Source of the DNA: a virus
DNA length: 63,099 nt
Reading direction: 5' to 3' (one strand)
Virus record (IMG/VR): IMGVR_UViG_3300045988_090624
Shown here: piece by piece, positions 6,709 to 16,761 of the stretch
How positions within the stretch are numbered: the first letter of the stretch is position 1
Layout: every line of letters begins with the position of its first letter
The notes under the pieces: generated by a model
Told to the model about the DNA's origin: nothing
The model's input: the letters and a program-made list of their open reading frames with translations, nothing else
Database searches by the model: none
Position numbers and translations under genes: made by a program

Positions 6709-8172
6709 GTGAATGTATTAGATAGCGTATGGTTAGAACAGTCAAAAAAAGACAAGATCATAAAAGAGATCATTCTAACAGCGGATTTTGAGACAGCATA
6801 CTATACAGTGTGCAAATACATAACCTGTAGATCCCTCCAGCCTTTACACGCAAGTATCATTCACAATGTATCAGATAATCAAGCCTCTATGGATCTTGCT
6901 CCCCGTGGACATGGTAAATCTACTATTGGTGATGTGGATTTCTGTATCACAAAGGTACTCAGGAACCCGGATATAAGAATCATGATCGGATCAAAGACAC
7001 AGACTCAGGCAAGTGCATTTTTAAAGGAGATCCGTACCCACTTTGAACAAAATGTAAATCTGATCCGTATTTTCGGAGACTGGAAGAAAAGCCGGGATAA
7101 TGTATGGAATGATAAAGAGTTTACAGTAAACCGGAGGACAGTGATTAAGAAAGAGGCTACTGTATCAGCGTTAGGAGCCTCAGGAGCCGTAGTATCTAAG
7201 CATTTCGATATAATTATAGGTGATGACTTAGTAGGCTTTGAAAACGCACGTACAGAGGCTCAAAGAAAGGTTTTAAAGGAATGGTTTTATAGTTCCCTGT
7301 ACCCTACACTTGAGCCGGATGGAGAGATTCACATTCTGGGGACAAGATACAGCCCTATGGATCTGTATGAGGATCTGATTAAGAGTAAGAATTACAAAGT
7401 AAATGTACAGCAAGCTATCACAGTTAAGGACGGTCAGGAGTATTCTCTTTGGGAGTCTAAGTTTAGCCTTGAGAAGCTGAGAAGTATCAGGGAAGAGGCT
7501 GGGCTGATTATCTTTAATATGCAGTACCAGAACAATACAGAGCTTGCAAAGGGTAAGATCTTTAAATACAAGTATTTCAAACACTTTGAGGAGTATGATA
7601 TTGATTATGACCTCAACAGAGTAAGGGTTAAGGTATTAGATTCTCAGGGAGTGCCTTACTGGATCCCGGTAAGGATTTATATGGGTGCTGACTTGGCAAT
7701 ATCAGAGGACGAAACCAGTAACAATGACTACTTTGTATTAACGGTAATAGGCGTGGATAAAAATAAAAATGTCTATGTGCTGGATTACCTAAAGGAGAGA
7801 CTTACTTTTAATGCTCAGCTTAATGCTATTCTGGATTATGGAAAGAATAAGTTTCCTATGGTGGAGAGAATAGGCGTGGAGACTGTACAGTATCAGAAAT
7901 CTCTTGCTCAGGAGATCAGGAGACTCAGCCTGTTACCTGTAATCAATATTCAGACAAGTAAGGATAAGGTAACAAGAGCAATGAGAAGATCAGCATTATT
8001 TGAGAATGGTAAGGTATGGTTTAGGATTGGTATGGATGATCTTGAGGAATGTCTGTTACTATTCCCGGAAGTAGATCATGATGATTTATTTGACGGTTTA
8101 GACTTTGCCTTAACAGTAGCGGATCAGGGTAACTCAGTAAGAGTATTGAACAGAGAAGATTTTAACATTTAA
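6709..8172 (+). CDS. terL: Terminase large subunit
   Basis: Walker A-like APRGHGKST, Walker B-like IIIGDDLV, and a C-terminal nuclease-like GADLAISED...YFVLTVIGV. It lies immediately upstream of the portal gene. Confidence 0.85.
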   Translation: MNVLDSVWLEQSKKDKIIKEIILTADFETAYYTVCKYITCRSLQPLHASIIHNVSDNQASMDLAPRGHGKSTIGDVDFCITKVLRNPDIRIMIGSKTQTQASAFLKEIRTHFEQNVNLIRIFGDWKKSRDNVWNDKEFTVNRRTVIKKEATVSALGASGAVVSKHFDIIIGDDLVGFENARTEAQRKVLKEWFYSSLYPTLEPDGEIHILGTRYSPMDLYEDLIKSKNYKVNVQQAITVKDGQEYSLWESKFSLEKLRSIREEAGLIIFNMQYQNNTELAKGKIFKYKYFKHFEEYDIDYDLNRVRVKVLDSQGVPYWIPVRIYMGADLAISEDETSNNDYFVLTVIGVDKNKNVYVLDYLKERLTFNAQLNAILDYGKNKFPMVERIGVETVQYQKSLAQEIRRLSLLPVINIQTSKDKVTRAMRRSALFENGKVWFRIGMDDLEECLLLFPEVDHDDLFDGLDFALTVADQGNSVRVLNREDFNI

Positions 8173-8200
8173 CAGGAGAGCCGGAGGAGGCTCTTTTTTA

Positions 8201-9757
8201 TTGCGTGAAAAGAGGAGGATGAGAACAGTGATAACAAAAAGACCTATAGACAATGAATTTAACATTGAAAAGAAAGAGAGCCGCTTTAATGTGGCTTTGC
8301 TGGATGATCTTGTAGATTATCATTTTAGAAAGATCAAGCCCCGGTACATGAAGTATCAGAAACTCTATGAGGGTAAGGCTAAGATCTTTAAGAGAGCAAG
8401 AATGAAAGGAAAGAATAAGCCGTGTAATAAGATTGCGAATGATTTTTGCGGTCAGATTATTGATACAACAGTAGGTTATTTCTTAGGAAATCCTATCACT
8501 ATCAACTACACAGAGAAAGAAAACAAGGCGGTAGGCACTCAAACGGCTGAGGCTGATGTAGGAGTAGATCTGAAAGAGCTTAAGACTACAGATACAGCGG
8601 TACAGGATGAGCTTGACGGGATTTTACAGGAGAACTACAGAGATGATCTTTTCATGGAGTGGGGTAAAGAGTGCATGATTAAGAGCGTGTCTCATCTGTT
8701 AGTGTATCAGGATGAACAGAGTAAGACTAAGATCATCCGGCTTAAGGCTGAGGATGTGATTATAGTGTATGCCAACAGCTCCACAAAACAGGCTCTTTAC
8801 AAGATCCGTCTGTATGCGATTGATACAGAGGATACAGACAGAACTACACTTTATGCTGAGGTATGGAGTGATACAAAGATGGAGCTTTTCAAGAGAACAG
8901 ATGATACCTCAAACCCACGGGTACAGGGCTTTGAGTTTGTAAGAGAGGAGCCTCATATCTTTGGTAGGATCCCTATTGTTACTCTGTACAACAATGAGGA
9001 GGAGATGAGTGATCTTGAGAAGATTGAGAGCCTCATAAACGACTATGACAGAGTAATGAGTGATATTTCAGATGAGTTTGAGGCTTTCCGCAATGCTTAC
9101 CTTGTTATCAAGGATATGGTAATGAATGGGGACAGTATGCAGAAGCTCAAAGAGGAGGGCATTGTAGAGATCACTGATTCTGGAGATATGAAGTTTGTAA
9201 CTAAGGAGATCCAGACAGATGCTATCAACAGCCACTTAGACCGACTGGAGAAGAATATTTACAAGTTTGCTCAGGTTCCTGATCTCTCAGATGAGAATTT
9301 CGCTGGAAATCTTTCAGGTATTGCTATCAGATTTAAGCTCTTTGGGCTGGAGACTAAGTGTATCACGAAAGAGAGAAAGATGGATAAGGCTATCAGGCAG
9401 TTGGTAGAGCTCTTAGCCGTACCTATCAAGGTAGTAACCGGGAAAGATGTGGAGATGAGAAACTTAAAGTTAGAGTTTAAGAGAAACATCCCGGCAAATA
9501 TCACAGAGATTGTGGATACAGTAGTAAAACTGGATGGAAAGGTTGACAGTGAGACTCTGTTAGCCCTGTTACCGTTTGTAGATAACCCAAAAGAGGTACT
9601 CGAAAAGGTAAAAGCTCAGAAAAAGGAGAATATGAAAGAGTTTGATCCGTATTCTATCCAAAATGCTGAGGATGATAGCAAAGTACAGTTCCCTAACACT
9701 AATGCTCCTCAGAATAATCCTATTATGAGGAATAATAGTGAAGTAAATGAGGAATAA
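8201..9757 (+). CDS. Portal protein (SPP1 gp6-like)
   Basis: Size and position between terL and the MuF gene. The start is uncertain: TTG 8201, ATG 8219 or GTG 8228. Confidence 0.8.
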   Translation: MREKRRMRTVITKRPIDNEFNIEKKESRFNVALLDDLVDYHFRKIKPRYMKYQKLYEGKAKIFKRARMKGKNKPCNKIANDFCGQIIDTTVGYFLGNPITINYTEKENKAVGTQTAEADVGVDLKELKTTDTAVQDELDGILQENYRDDLFMEWGKECMIKSVSHLLVYQDEQSKTKIIRLKAEDVIIVYANSSTKQALYKIRLYAIDTEDTDRTTLYAEVWSDTKMELFKRTDDTSNPRVQGFEFVREEPHIFGRIPIVTLYNNEEEMSDLEKIESLINDYDRVMSDISDEFEAFRNAYLVIKDMVMNGDSMQKLKEEGIVEITDSGDMKFVTKEIQTDAINSHLDRLEKNIYKFAQVPDLSDENFAGNLSGIAIRFKLFGLETKCITKERKMDKAIRQLVELLAVPIKVVTGKDVEMRNLKLEFKRNIPANITEIVDTVVKLDGKVDSETLLALLPFVDNPKEVLEKVKAQKKENMKEFDPYSIQNAEDDSKVQFPNTNAPQNNPIMRNNSEVNEE

Positions 9758-9768
9758 AGGAGGGGTAA

Positions 9769-11760
9769 GTGGTGAGTGGCTACTATGTGAATGAAGCAGT
9801 AAGGAAAATGTATGGGATCCCACTCTCTCAGCTCACTCCAGAACAGAGGGAGATCCTGAGACAGGACGGGATCAGGAGAGCTAAGCTCATAGATGAGAGA
9901 CAAAAGGACTTTATGAGGAATAACAGGAGGGCTTTTGAGGATGCTGAAAAGTTAAATAAAGTCTTAGCCTCTATTTATGGATCCTGTCAGAAAGAAATTT
10001 TAGGAAATGTAGCTGAGACTATCGCAAAAGTAAAGAAAGCTGGAGGAGAGTGGAGCTATGCGAACCAGTCAGCCCTCACCCGGAGTAGAGGACTCTTTGA
10101 ACAGATCAATAAAGAGCTGATTAAGCTGGGAAAAGAGGAGAATACCGTGTTTAGAACTAATCTACAGAATATCTATACAGATCAGTTTTTAAGGACGGTA
10201 TACACTTTAGGACAGACTCAGACAGTAAAGAGTAACTTTAATATGCTTAATCCCCGTCTGATACAGGATACACTTGATTACCCGTGGTCTGGGGCTATGT
10301 TTTCAGATCGTTTATGGTTAGATAAGGACAGGCTGGGGAGAAACTTAAGGGTAGGGCTTACTCAGTCCATGATCTTAGGAGAGGACATGGACAGGATAGC
10401 GGATAGAGTAGGGGCTAACATCAATACCTCAAAATATAACGCTATGAGAGTAGCCCGGACAGAAACAAAGAGGGTAACATACTCCTCACAGGCGGCGGCT
10501 TTTGAGAATCAGAATGTTGGAGAGGTTCGCTATATGGCGGCTAACAATGGAGGAGACAGCCGGACTTGTGGTTTATGCAAGGAAGATCACGGGAAAGTGT
10601 ATAAGCTGGGAGAGGAGCCCTCTTTACCTCGACACCCTAATTGTAGATGCTGGTATATTCCTGTAGTAAAGGATACCTTTGAGGATAATGAGCTAAATGA
10701 GCTTACCGGATCCGTTAGAGGGGCTGAGAACTATGAGAAATGGAAAGAGAAAGAGGCGGCAAGGATTAAGGCGGCTCAGGAGGCTAAACAGTCAGAAGAG
10801 ATTATAAAAGCTAAGGTTACAGCGGATACTGCTAAGACAGATCTGGAGAAAACAGAGGTCAAGCTCACAGATTACCCTGAGGCGTTTTATAGCAAAAAGA
10901 CAGAGGCTAAAAACACTCAAGCTCTGTTAGATTATGTAAATGCTCAGAATGTGACAGATCCTAATATCTTAAAGCTGTATAAGAGCATGGATAAGTTGTG
11001 TGAGGGGCTATCTGATGATATTGTAATTAAGGTATCTCATGGAGCTCACAGAGTAAAGAGTTCATGGACAAAGACATATGATCTTTGTATTGATGTCGGT
11101 ATTCCTAAAGTAGATCCTAAATTTATAGGTACTTATGATACAAACCTACATGAGGAAATGCACTTTTTAGATATGCTATTAACCGCTAAACAGGATAAAC
11201 ACAGATATCCTAAAGGGATGTTCTCACAGTCTTATAAACCGCTTATAGAGGCTTTTGACAAGGCTACTCCTAAAATAGGAGATAGGGCGAAAACTCTTTT
11301 TTCTGAGCTCACTAAGTATTATGAGACTGAAAAGAAGAAAATGCGTGAAAAGTATGATACAATGATAGTAGAATTAGATAAACAATATTCTGCCGGAAAG
11401 ATTGATGCTAAGAAGTTTAATAGTATGGCTAAGAAACTTTGGAAAGATATTGTTGAGGAAAATGATAAAAAGTTGAGAGGCTTTAAGGGTGGTGGAATAT
11501 CTGGATTACAGGATATCTATGATGCTATAAGCAATGGTGTGTTTAGAGATACGGGAGAGGTACTTTACGGTCATGGATCCTCATATTATCAAGATAGACA
11601 TAGAAATAACCCTAATTGCTCAGAGAGTTTAGCTAACTATGCCGCTTTAAGCATAGGACACCCTGAGCTTATTGAAATCTTAGCTGAGGATCATCCAGAA
11701 GTTGTTAAAGCCCTTAGGCAATGTGTAGAAGAAATGACAAAGGAGGTAGCTGAACTATGA
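9769..11760 (+). CDS. Minor head protein (MuF/SPP1 gp7 domain) fused to a ~330-aa C-terminal HExxH-containing domain
   Basis: MuF-like RTETKR...GDSRTCGLCKEDHGKVY...PRHPNCRCWYIPV is followed by a coiled-coil linker. A domain with NLHEEMHFLD (HExxH) and a GHGSSYY...ESLANY segment comes after that. Confidence 0.8.
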   Translation: MVSGYYVNEAVRKMYGIPLSQLTPEQREILRQDGIRRAKLIDERQKDFMRNNRRAFEDAEKLNKVLASIYGSCQKEILGNVAETIAKVKKAGGEWSYANQSALTRSRGLFEQINKELIKLGKEENTVFRTNLQNIYTDQFLRTVYTLGQTQTVKSNFNMLNPRLIQDTLDYPWSGAMFSDRLWLDKDRLGRNLRVGLTQSMILGEDMDRIADRVGANINTSKYNAMRVARTETKRVTYSSQAAAFENQNVGEVRYMAANNGGDSRTCGLCKEDHGKVYKLGEEPSLPRHPNCRCWYIPVVKDTFEDNELNELTGSVRGAENYEKWKEKEAARIKAAQEAKQSEEIIKAKVTADTAKTDLEKTEVKLTDYPEAFYSKKTEAKNTQALLDYVNAQNVTDPNILKLYKSMDKLCEGLSDDIVIKVSHGAHRVKSSWTKTYDLCIDVGIPKVDPKFIGTYDTNLHEEMHFLDMLLTAKQDKHRYPKGMFSQSYKPLIEAFDKATPKIGDRAKTLFSELTKYYETEKKKMREKYDTMIVELDKQYSAGKIDAKKFNSMAKKLWKDIVEENDKKLRGFKGGGISGLQDIYDAISNGVFRDTGEVLYGHGSSYYQDRHRNNPNCSESLANYAALSIGHPELIEILAEDHPEVVKALRQCVEEMTKEVAEL

Positions 11761-11972
11761 GTAAAGAAGAAAAGCTGATGAAGATTATGAGGCTCTTAAG
11801 TTACGCTATTGGTATTCCTGAAATGGTTTATTTTGATGTAGACAGTGAGGAGTTACTGGATGAAAAGATTGAGGTACTTGAACAGATAAAGGACGGGAAG
11901 AAAATACAGGATATTCCACACTTTTATGAAGTGTTAGAGAAGTTACCGGGAAAAGGTTCTTTATGGGATTGA
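11757..11972 (+). CDS. Small acidic protein overlapping the MuF-fusion stop (candidate cognate partner or immunity protein)
   Basis: ATGA start/stop overlap with 9769..11760. It is 71 aa and acidic. Confidence 0.55.
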   Translation: MSKEEKLMKIMRLLSYAIGIPEMVYFDVDSEELLDEKIEVLEQIKDGKKIQDIPHFYEVLEKLPGKGSLWD

Positions 11973-12046
11973 TTGAGTAGAAGAAATGAGGCTATTGGCT
12001 GTAAAAGGCTGATAACCTCTTTTTTTTTGTCTTTTACTCACTTAGT

Positions 12047-12084
12047 AGGCTGATTTTATAGGAAGTAAACACACATATGTATAG
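12047..12084 (+). promoter_or_regulatory. Conserved element B, copy 2, putative late promoter
   Basis: Matches 1677..1714. It lies after a terminator-like hairpin/T-run and about 105 nt upstream of the scaffold gene. Confidence 0.5.
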
Positions 12085-12152
12085 AGGGTTAAATGTAGAA
12101 AACCTACGGGGGTTTTACATCTTAAAACTTATAAAAAGGAGGATTTAATACA

Positions 12153-12812
12153 ATGGACGAAACAAAAGGAACAGCAACTACTGTAGAGACTTCTACAGAG
12201 GAAAAGACCACTACCAATACTGGCACTGAGACAAAAGACAGTAAGACAGGCTCCGGGGCTGTTAAGACTGAGGAACAGATCAGGGCAGAAGTAGAGGCAG
12301 AGTTAAAGGCTAACTATGAAAAGCTGGCAGATCAGAGAGTTACCGCCGCACAAAAGAAATGGAAACAGGATCAGGAAAAGAAAGCCGCTCTTGAGAAAAT
12401 GTCTGAGGATGAAAAGCGTAAGGCAGAAGATGAAGAGAGAGCCGCTGAAAACGCAAGAAAAGAGCATGAGCTCACAATCAAAGGTTTGCGACTTGATGTA
12501 GTGGATGCTGTGGCAGAGCTTGGACTTGATACAGGATTTAGAAATCTGGTTGCTGTAGAAGATCTGGCTCTTATTTCTGATGAAGAGGAAAGAAAGAAAA
12601 AGCTCACAGAAAGAATTAAGGGCATGAAAGAGCTTTTTGACGCTGAGGTTAAGAAACAGGTTGCAAAAGAAAAGGCTGAGTTTCTGAAAGGACATACTCC
12701 TCCAGCTTCAAAGGAAAAGACTGGAGATAAGTCTTACAGTGATTACAAAAAGACCGGGAATGTCAAGGGCATGATCGGAGAAAAGCTGAGCGGATTGTTC
12801 AGTGAGGAATAA
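12153..12812 (+). CDS. Scaffolding protein
   Basis: Highly charged, coiled-coil-like and E/K-rich. It lies directly upstream of the capsid gene. Confidence 0.7.
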   Translation: MDETKGTATTVETSTEEKTTTNTGTETKDSKTGSGAVKTEEQIRAEVEAELKANYEKLADQRVTAAQKKWKQDQEKKAALEKMSEDEKRKAEDEERAAENARKEHELTIKGLRLDVVDAVAELGLDTGFRNLVAVEDLALISDEEERKKKLTERIKGMKELFDAEVKKQVAKEKAEFLKGHTPPASKEKTGDKSYSDYKKTGNVKGMIGEKLSGLFSEE

Positions 12813-12838
12813 CAAAAATTTAAGGAGGAAAATTTAAA

Positions 12839-13744
12839 ATGGCAGAAATGTTAAAACGTAAGGATTTTCTGGAGAATGAGGTTGTTGATCTTAGAGAAGA
12901 GATTGCACTCACATCTCCTACTGATACTCCTCTTACTACTCTGTTAATGGGTAGAGGGGCTGTAGTTCCGGCTAACGATATTACAGTAAGTTGGAGAGAA
13001 AGAAAACTGAATGAAACAAGAGGTACTCTTAAGCTGGAGGGTGCTGAGGCTGGTGATCCTATCAAGTCCAGCAGATCTACTCTTTCTAACCTCTGTCAGA
13101 TCATTGAGAAAGTAACTCAGGTATCTGGTACAGCTCAGGCTCTTAATCCTAAGGGCATTGGTAAGAGCTTTGAGGCTGAGATCAATGATCGTCTGATTGA
13201 GACAAAGAGAGATCTGGAGTGGTACTTCCTGAATGGTACTAAAGCGGCTGGTAGTGAAACTGTACCTCGTCAGATGAACGGACTTGTAAACCTCGTTAAT
13301 GCAGATAACGTAGTTGATGCAACAGAGGGACTTACAGAGGTTCTTATGCTGGATGCTATGCAGAAAATGTGGGATCACGGCTCTCAGGGTGAGTATTTCA
13401 CATTTGTAAACGCTGGTACAAAGAGAATTATCAACAGCCTGATTAAAGCTGATGGTAATATCCGTATCAATACAGAACAGGGACTCAATCAGGTTCTTGG
13501 TATCACAGTACAGAAAATCGAAAGTGATTTCGGTACTCTCAATCTGGTACTTGATCGTCACATGGACGCTAACACAATGCTGATCCTTGACTTAGATCAG
13601 GTAGAGATTGCTGAGCTGAGAGGTACTTTCTTTGAGATGCTCCCTAAGAATGGTGACTACTTCAAAGGACATATTCTGAATGAAAGTACAATCAAGCTGT
13701 TAAACAGCTATTCCGGTGCTAAGCTCACCAATATCACAAAATAA
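12839..13744 (+). CDS. Major capsid protein
   Basis: A 301-aa ORF after the scaffold gene with a strong RBS. The position is typical. Confidence 0.75.
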   Translation: MAEMLKRKDFLENEVVDLREEIALTSPTDTPLTTLLMGRGAVVPANDITVSWRERKLNETRGTLKLEGAEAGDPIKSSRSTLSNLCQIIEKVTQVSGTAQALNPKGIGKSFEAEINDRLIETKRDLEWYFLNGTKAAGSETVPRQMNGLVNLVNADNVVDATEGLTEVLMLDAMQKMWDHGSQGEYFTFVNAGTKRIINSLIKADGNIRINTEQGLNQVLGITVQKIESDFGTLNLVLDRHMDANTMLILDLDQVEIAELRGTFFEMLPKNGDYFKGHILNESTIKLLNSYSGAKLTNITK

Positions 13745-13786
13745 GAGCCTGTTTAAAGGCTTAGAAATTCAAGGAGGTAAAAGTTA

Positions 13787-13999
13787 ATGGCTGGTACAAC
13801 TAAGGCGGCTGAGAAAGCCACACAGGAGCCCACAGAGGCAAAAGCTGAGGCTAAGGTATATAACCTGAGATCCTCTAACAAGTATCTGACAGTCTCCTCT
13901 CTGGGTGTTCAGTTTATGGCTGGTAAGTATACAACTACTGATCCGGCTGTAGCAAGAGCTCTCTTAGAGATTGATGATGTAGAGCTTATTGAGGACTAA
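13787..13999 (+). CDS. Hypothetical head-associated protein
   Basis: Strong RBS and position after the capsid gene. Confidence 0.5.
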   Translation: MAGTTKAAEKATQEPTEAKAEAKVYNLRSSNKYLTVSSLGVQFMAGKYTTTDPAVARALLEIDDVELIED

Positions 14000-14013
14000 G
14001 GGGGTGTGATCCT

Positions 14014-14349
14014 ATGGACAGCTTAGAAAGAGTGAGAATCATTCTGGGAATATCCTCAGATAATGAGGAAAAGCTCAAGCTCCTTTCTGTCTACATGGAG
14101 AAAGCCCGTGAAGATATTGAGGCTGTTTGTAGAGATAACTTTCTTGATCCTGATACCGGGGAGGATATTTTCCCTAAACAGCTCAATAGTGTGCTGGAGG
14201 ATCTTGTGTTAGCCCGGTACAGAAAGAGACAGGCTGAGGGTTACAGCTCACAGAATTTAGGAGATGAGAGTACCTCATTTCAGGAGTATTTCCCGGATAG
14301 TATTAAACAGCGTTTGTATCCTTTTACAAGGCTGATTCCCCGGAGGTGA
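14014..14349 (+). CDS. Head-tail connector (gp6-like)
   Basis: An N-terminal LERVRIILGISSD...EEKL pattern is typical of gp6-like connectors. The position fits. Confidence 0.6.
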   Translation: MDSLERVRIILGISSDNEEKLKLLSVYMEKAREDIEAVCRDNFLDPDTGEDIFPKQLNSVLEDLVLARYRKRQAEGYSSQNLGDESTSFQEYFPDSIKQRLYPFTRLIPRR

Positions 14350-14355
14350 TGAGAA

Positions 14356-14706
14356 ATGTTTTATTATGACAAACAGTGTATAGTAAAGCGTTATAGCTCC
14401 ACTCTGGGGCAGTATAACAGACCTGTTAATACTCTGACTGATGTAGGGAGTTATAAATGTGCTTTGATGATGACAAAGGATAGTAATAGCACCACACAGT
14501 TAGAGCCTCAGAAAGCCAATTATACAGGATTTTCTCTGTATATGGATCCTGAGAGTGATATCCGTCTGGGAGATATCGTGTGTGTTTATGATCTGGATGA
14601 GTACGAACAGATCATTTTATCCTCAGAATATAAGGCGGTGGCTGATAAGCCTTATAAGAAGAGAACACACTTAGAAATACCACTCAACGCTACAGAGGAG
14701 GTATAA
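14356..14706 (+). CDS. Head closure / head-tail joining protein
   Basis: Position and size only. Confidence 0.45.
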   Translation: MFYYDKQCIVKRYSSTLGQYNRPVNTLTDVGSYKCALMMTKDSNSTTQLEPQKANYTGFSLYMDPESDIRLGDIVCVYDLDEYEQIILSSEYKAVADKPYKKRTHLEIPLNATEEV

Positions 14707-14707
14707 C

Positions 14708-15178
14708 ATGGGGGCAGTATTTGAGGTTCCGGGGTGGAAAGAGTTTACAGAAAGATGTCAGGGTGTAGTTGATAAGTTTGAGGAAAAGAAATTAGTCCTC
14801 ATGAACAAAATGGCTAACATCTGTTTATCAGAGATCTCTCCTCTGATCCCGGTAGATACCTCAAGACTTGTAAGTAGCTTTCAAGTAGGGGTGGTTACTC
14901 CGAATGAGGCTGAGATTGGTACTAATGTAGAATATGCTCTATATGTAAATGACGGTCATGTACAGCATAGGAGGTTTTTACCTATCTCTTATCTATCAGC
15001 CGGAGGGCGTGGTAAGTATATCCAGCCCGGAAATACAAAGGGTATCATGCTGAAAGAAAAGTATATACCCGGTAAACACTTCCTTGAGAATGGTATGAGA
15101 CAGGCAGAGCCCCGGCTTAAGACCATAGGGGAGAGCTTTATGCAACAGATAGGAAGAGAGATTGAGGGAGGTGGATGA
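14708..15178 (+). CDS. HK97 gp10-like neck/tail component
   Basis: The EYALYVNDGH motif is typical of the HK97 gp10 family. Confidence 0.6.
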   Translation: MGAVFEVPGWKEFTERCQGVVDKFEEKKLVLMNKMANICLSEISPLIPVDTSRLVSSFQVGVVTPNEAEIGTNVEYALYVNDGHVQHRRFLPISYLSAGGRGKYIQPGNTKGIMLKEKYIPGKHFLENGMRQAEPRLKTIGESFMQQIGREIEGGG

Positions 15179-15653
15179 TTTGAGGCTCTTAAACAGTATT
15201 TGTAGCTTGTTAGCTGATAAATACAGAGGAGTCCCGGTATACATTGAGGATGTACCTGAGGGCTTTCAACGTCCCTCTTTTTTAGTAACTCTTGCTACAG
15301 AGGGGACAAATTTATTAAACAAAAATGTATATAGGGATACTCCTATATACCAGATAGTCTACTTTGGGAGGCTAAACGCCTCAGAGCAAGTTTACTCTGA
15401 GAGGTTATACAAAGTAAGGGAAGAGCTTAAGGCTCTTTTTTTATTGCCCGGAGCTATCCCGGTGATCTCAGAGAAAGGATCACGGGAAAAACAGCGTTAC
15501 GCTAAATTAACCTCATACTCCTCAGAGATCCGGCTGTCAGAGAAAAGCCTTTATACAAAGATAGGGCTTGATTTCACAGAGGATACAAAACAGGAGAAAG
15601 AGTATGAACTGATTCAAGAGATTGATCTGGAAATGAATACAAGAAAGAATTAA
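15162..15653 (+). CDS. Tail completion/terminator-like protein
   Basis: Position upstream of the sheath gene. The start is uncertain (TTG 15162 or TTG 15180). Confidence 0.45.
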   Translation: MREVDDLRLLNSICSLLADKYRGVPVYIEDVPEGFQRPSFLVTLATEGTNLLNKNVYRDTPIYQIVYFGRLNASEQVYSERLYKVREELKALFLLPGAIPVISEKGSREKQRYAKLTSYSSEIRLSEKSLYTKIGLDFTEDTKQEKEYELIQEIDLEMNTRKN

Positions 15654-15668
15654 GGAGGATAAAAGATA

Positions 15669-16742
15669 ATGGGATTACCTGATATTGTAATTGAATTTAC
15701 AAAGAAAGCAATAGCTACTATCTCTGTAGGTACAAGCGGCTTAGTAGGTATCATTGTTAAGGATGCAAAGAGTAACGGCTCTCATGTTCTTAAGAGTGTT
15801 GACTCTATTCCGGCTGATCTGTCAACAGACAATAAAGCCTACATTGAGAGAGCTTTTCTGGGAGCTCCGAAAGCGGTTCACGTTTTTGTACTTCCAGCGG
15901 CGGCTGAGGATTACACAGCGGCTTATAAGTATTTTGCAAACAAGAGGATCAACTATATCTGTGGTGATCCGGCTATTACACCTGAGCTTGCTACAAACCT
16001 GTCTACATGGGTTAAGGGCAAACGTAAAGCCGGAAAGATCCACCCTGTAGCGGTAGTACCTAACGTGGTAGCTAATGATAAAGGTGTAGTTAATTTCTGT
16101 CTGGTAGGTGGTGAAAAACTGAATGTAGGAGATACACAGTATACTCCGGCTCAGTATTGCTCCAGAATTGCCGGACTGTTAGCCGGACTGGATCTGAATG
16201 TATCCGCTACATACAAACCTCTGGATGAGGTTACAGCTATCCCGGAGGTTGAGGATGATGAGACAGTGGATGCGGCTATTGATGCCGGACAGCTTGTACT
16301 GTATGACTCTGGTACAGGTATCGTAATCGGTAGAGGAGTAAACTCCCTTACCACAGTGACTCAGGAAGATACTGAGGATCTGAAAAAGATTAAGATTCTG
16401 GCTATTCAGGATCTTATCACAACAGATATTACAGACACTATCAATAAGAGCTATGTAGGTAACTACTCTAACTCCTATGATAACAAGTGCCTGTTAATTA
16501 CCGCTATTAAAGGTTATCTGACTCAGCTTGAGAATAAAGGATATATCGAAAAAAATAAATCCGTTATGGAGATCAACGTTGAGAAGCAGAGAGCTTATCT
16601 GGAGTCCACTGGAGTTGATACTACAGAGATGGACGATCAGGCGGTTAAGGAGGCTAATACAGGCTCCAGAGTGTTCCTGAAAGGTTCTGTATCTATCCTT
16701 GATGCTATTGAGGATGTAGATATTGTAATCAACAAGGAGTAA
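15669..16742 (+). CDS. Contractile tail sheath protein (XkdK-like)
   Basis: A 357-aa ORF directly before a 143-aa tube-like ORF, matching the PBSX-type order. Confidence 0.7.
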   Translation: MGLPDIVIEFTKKAIATISVGTSGLVGIIVKDAKSNGSHVLKSVDSIPADLSTDNKAYIERAFLGAPKAVHVFVLPAAAEDYTAAYKYFANKRINYICGDPAITPELATNLSTWVKGKRKAGKIHPVAVVPNVVANDKGVVNFCLVGGEKLNVGDTQYTPAQYCSRIAGLLAGLDLNVSATYKPLDEVTAIPEVEDDETVDAAIDAGQLVLYDSGTGIVIGRGVNSLTTVTQEDTEDLKKIKILAIQDLITTDITDTINKSYVGNYSNSYDNKCLLITAIKGYLTQLENKGYIEKNKSVMEINVEKQRAYLESTGVDTTEMDDQAVKEANTGSRVFLKGSVSILDAIEDVDIVINKE

Positions 16743-16761
16743 AGAGAGGAGGTAAAAACCA

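Noticed and set aside
12303-13561. Long antisense ORFs (130 aa and 205 aa) inside the scaffold and capsid genes
   Set aside because: They lie opposite highly expressed structural genes with strong RBSs. Their composition is typical of antisense reading of coding DNA.
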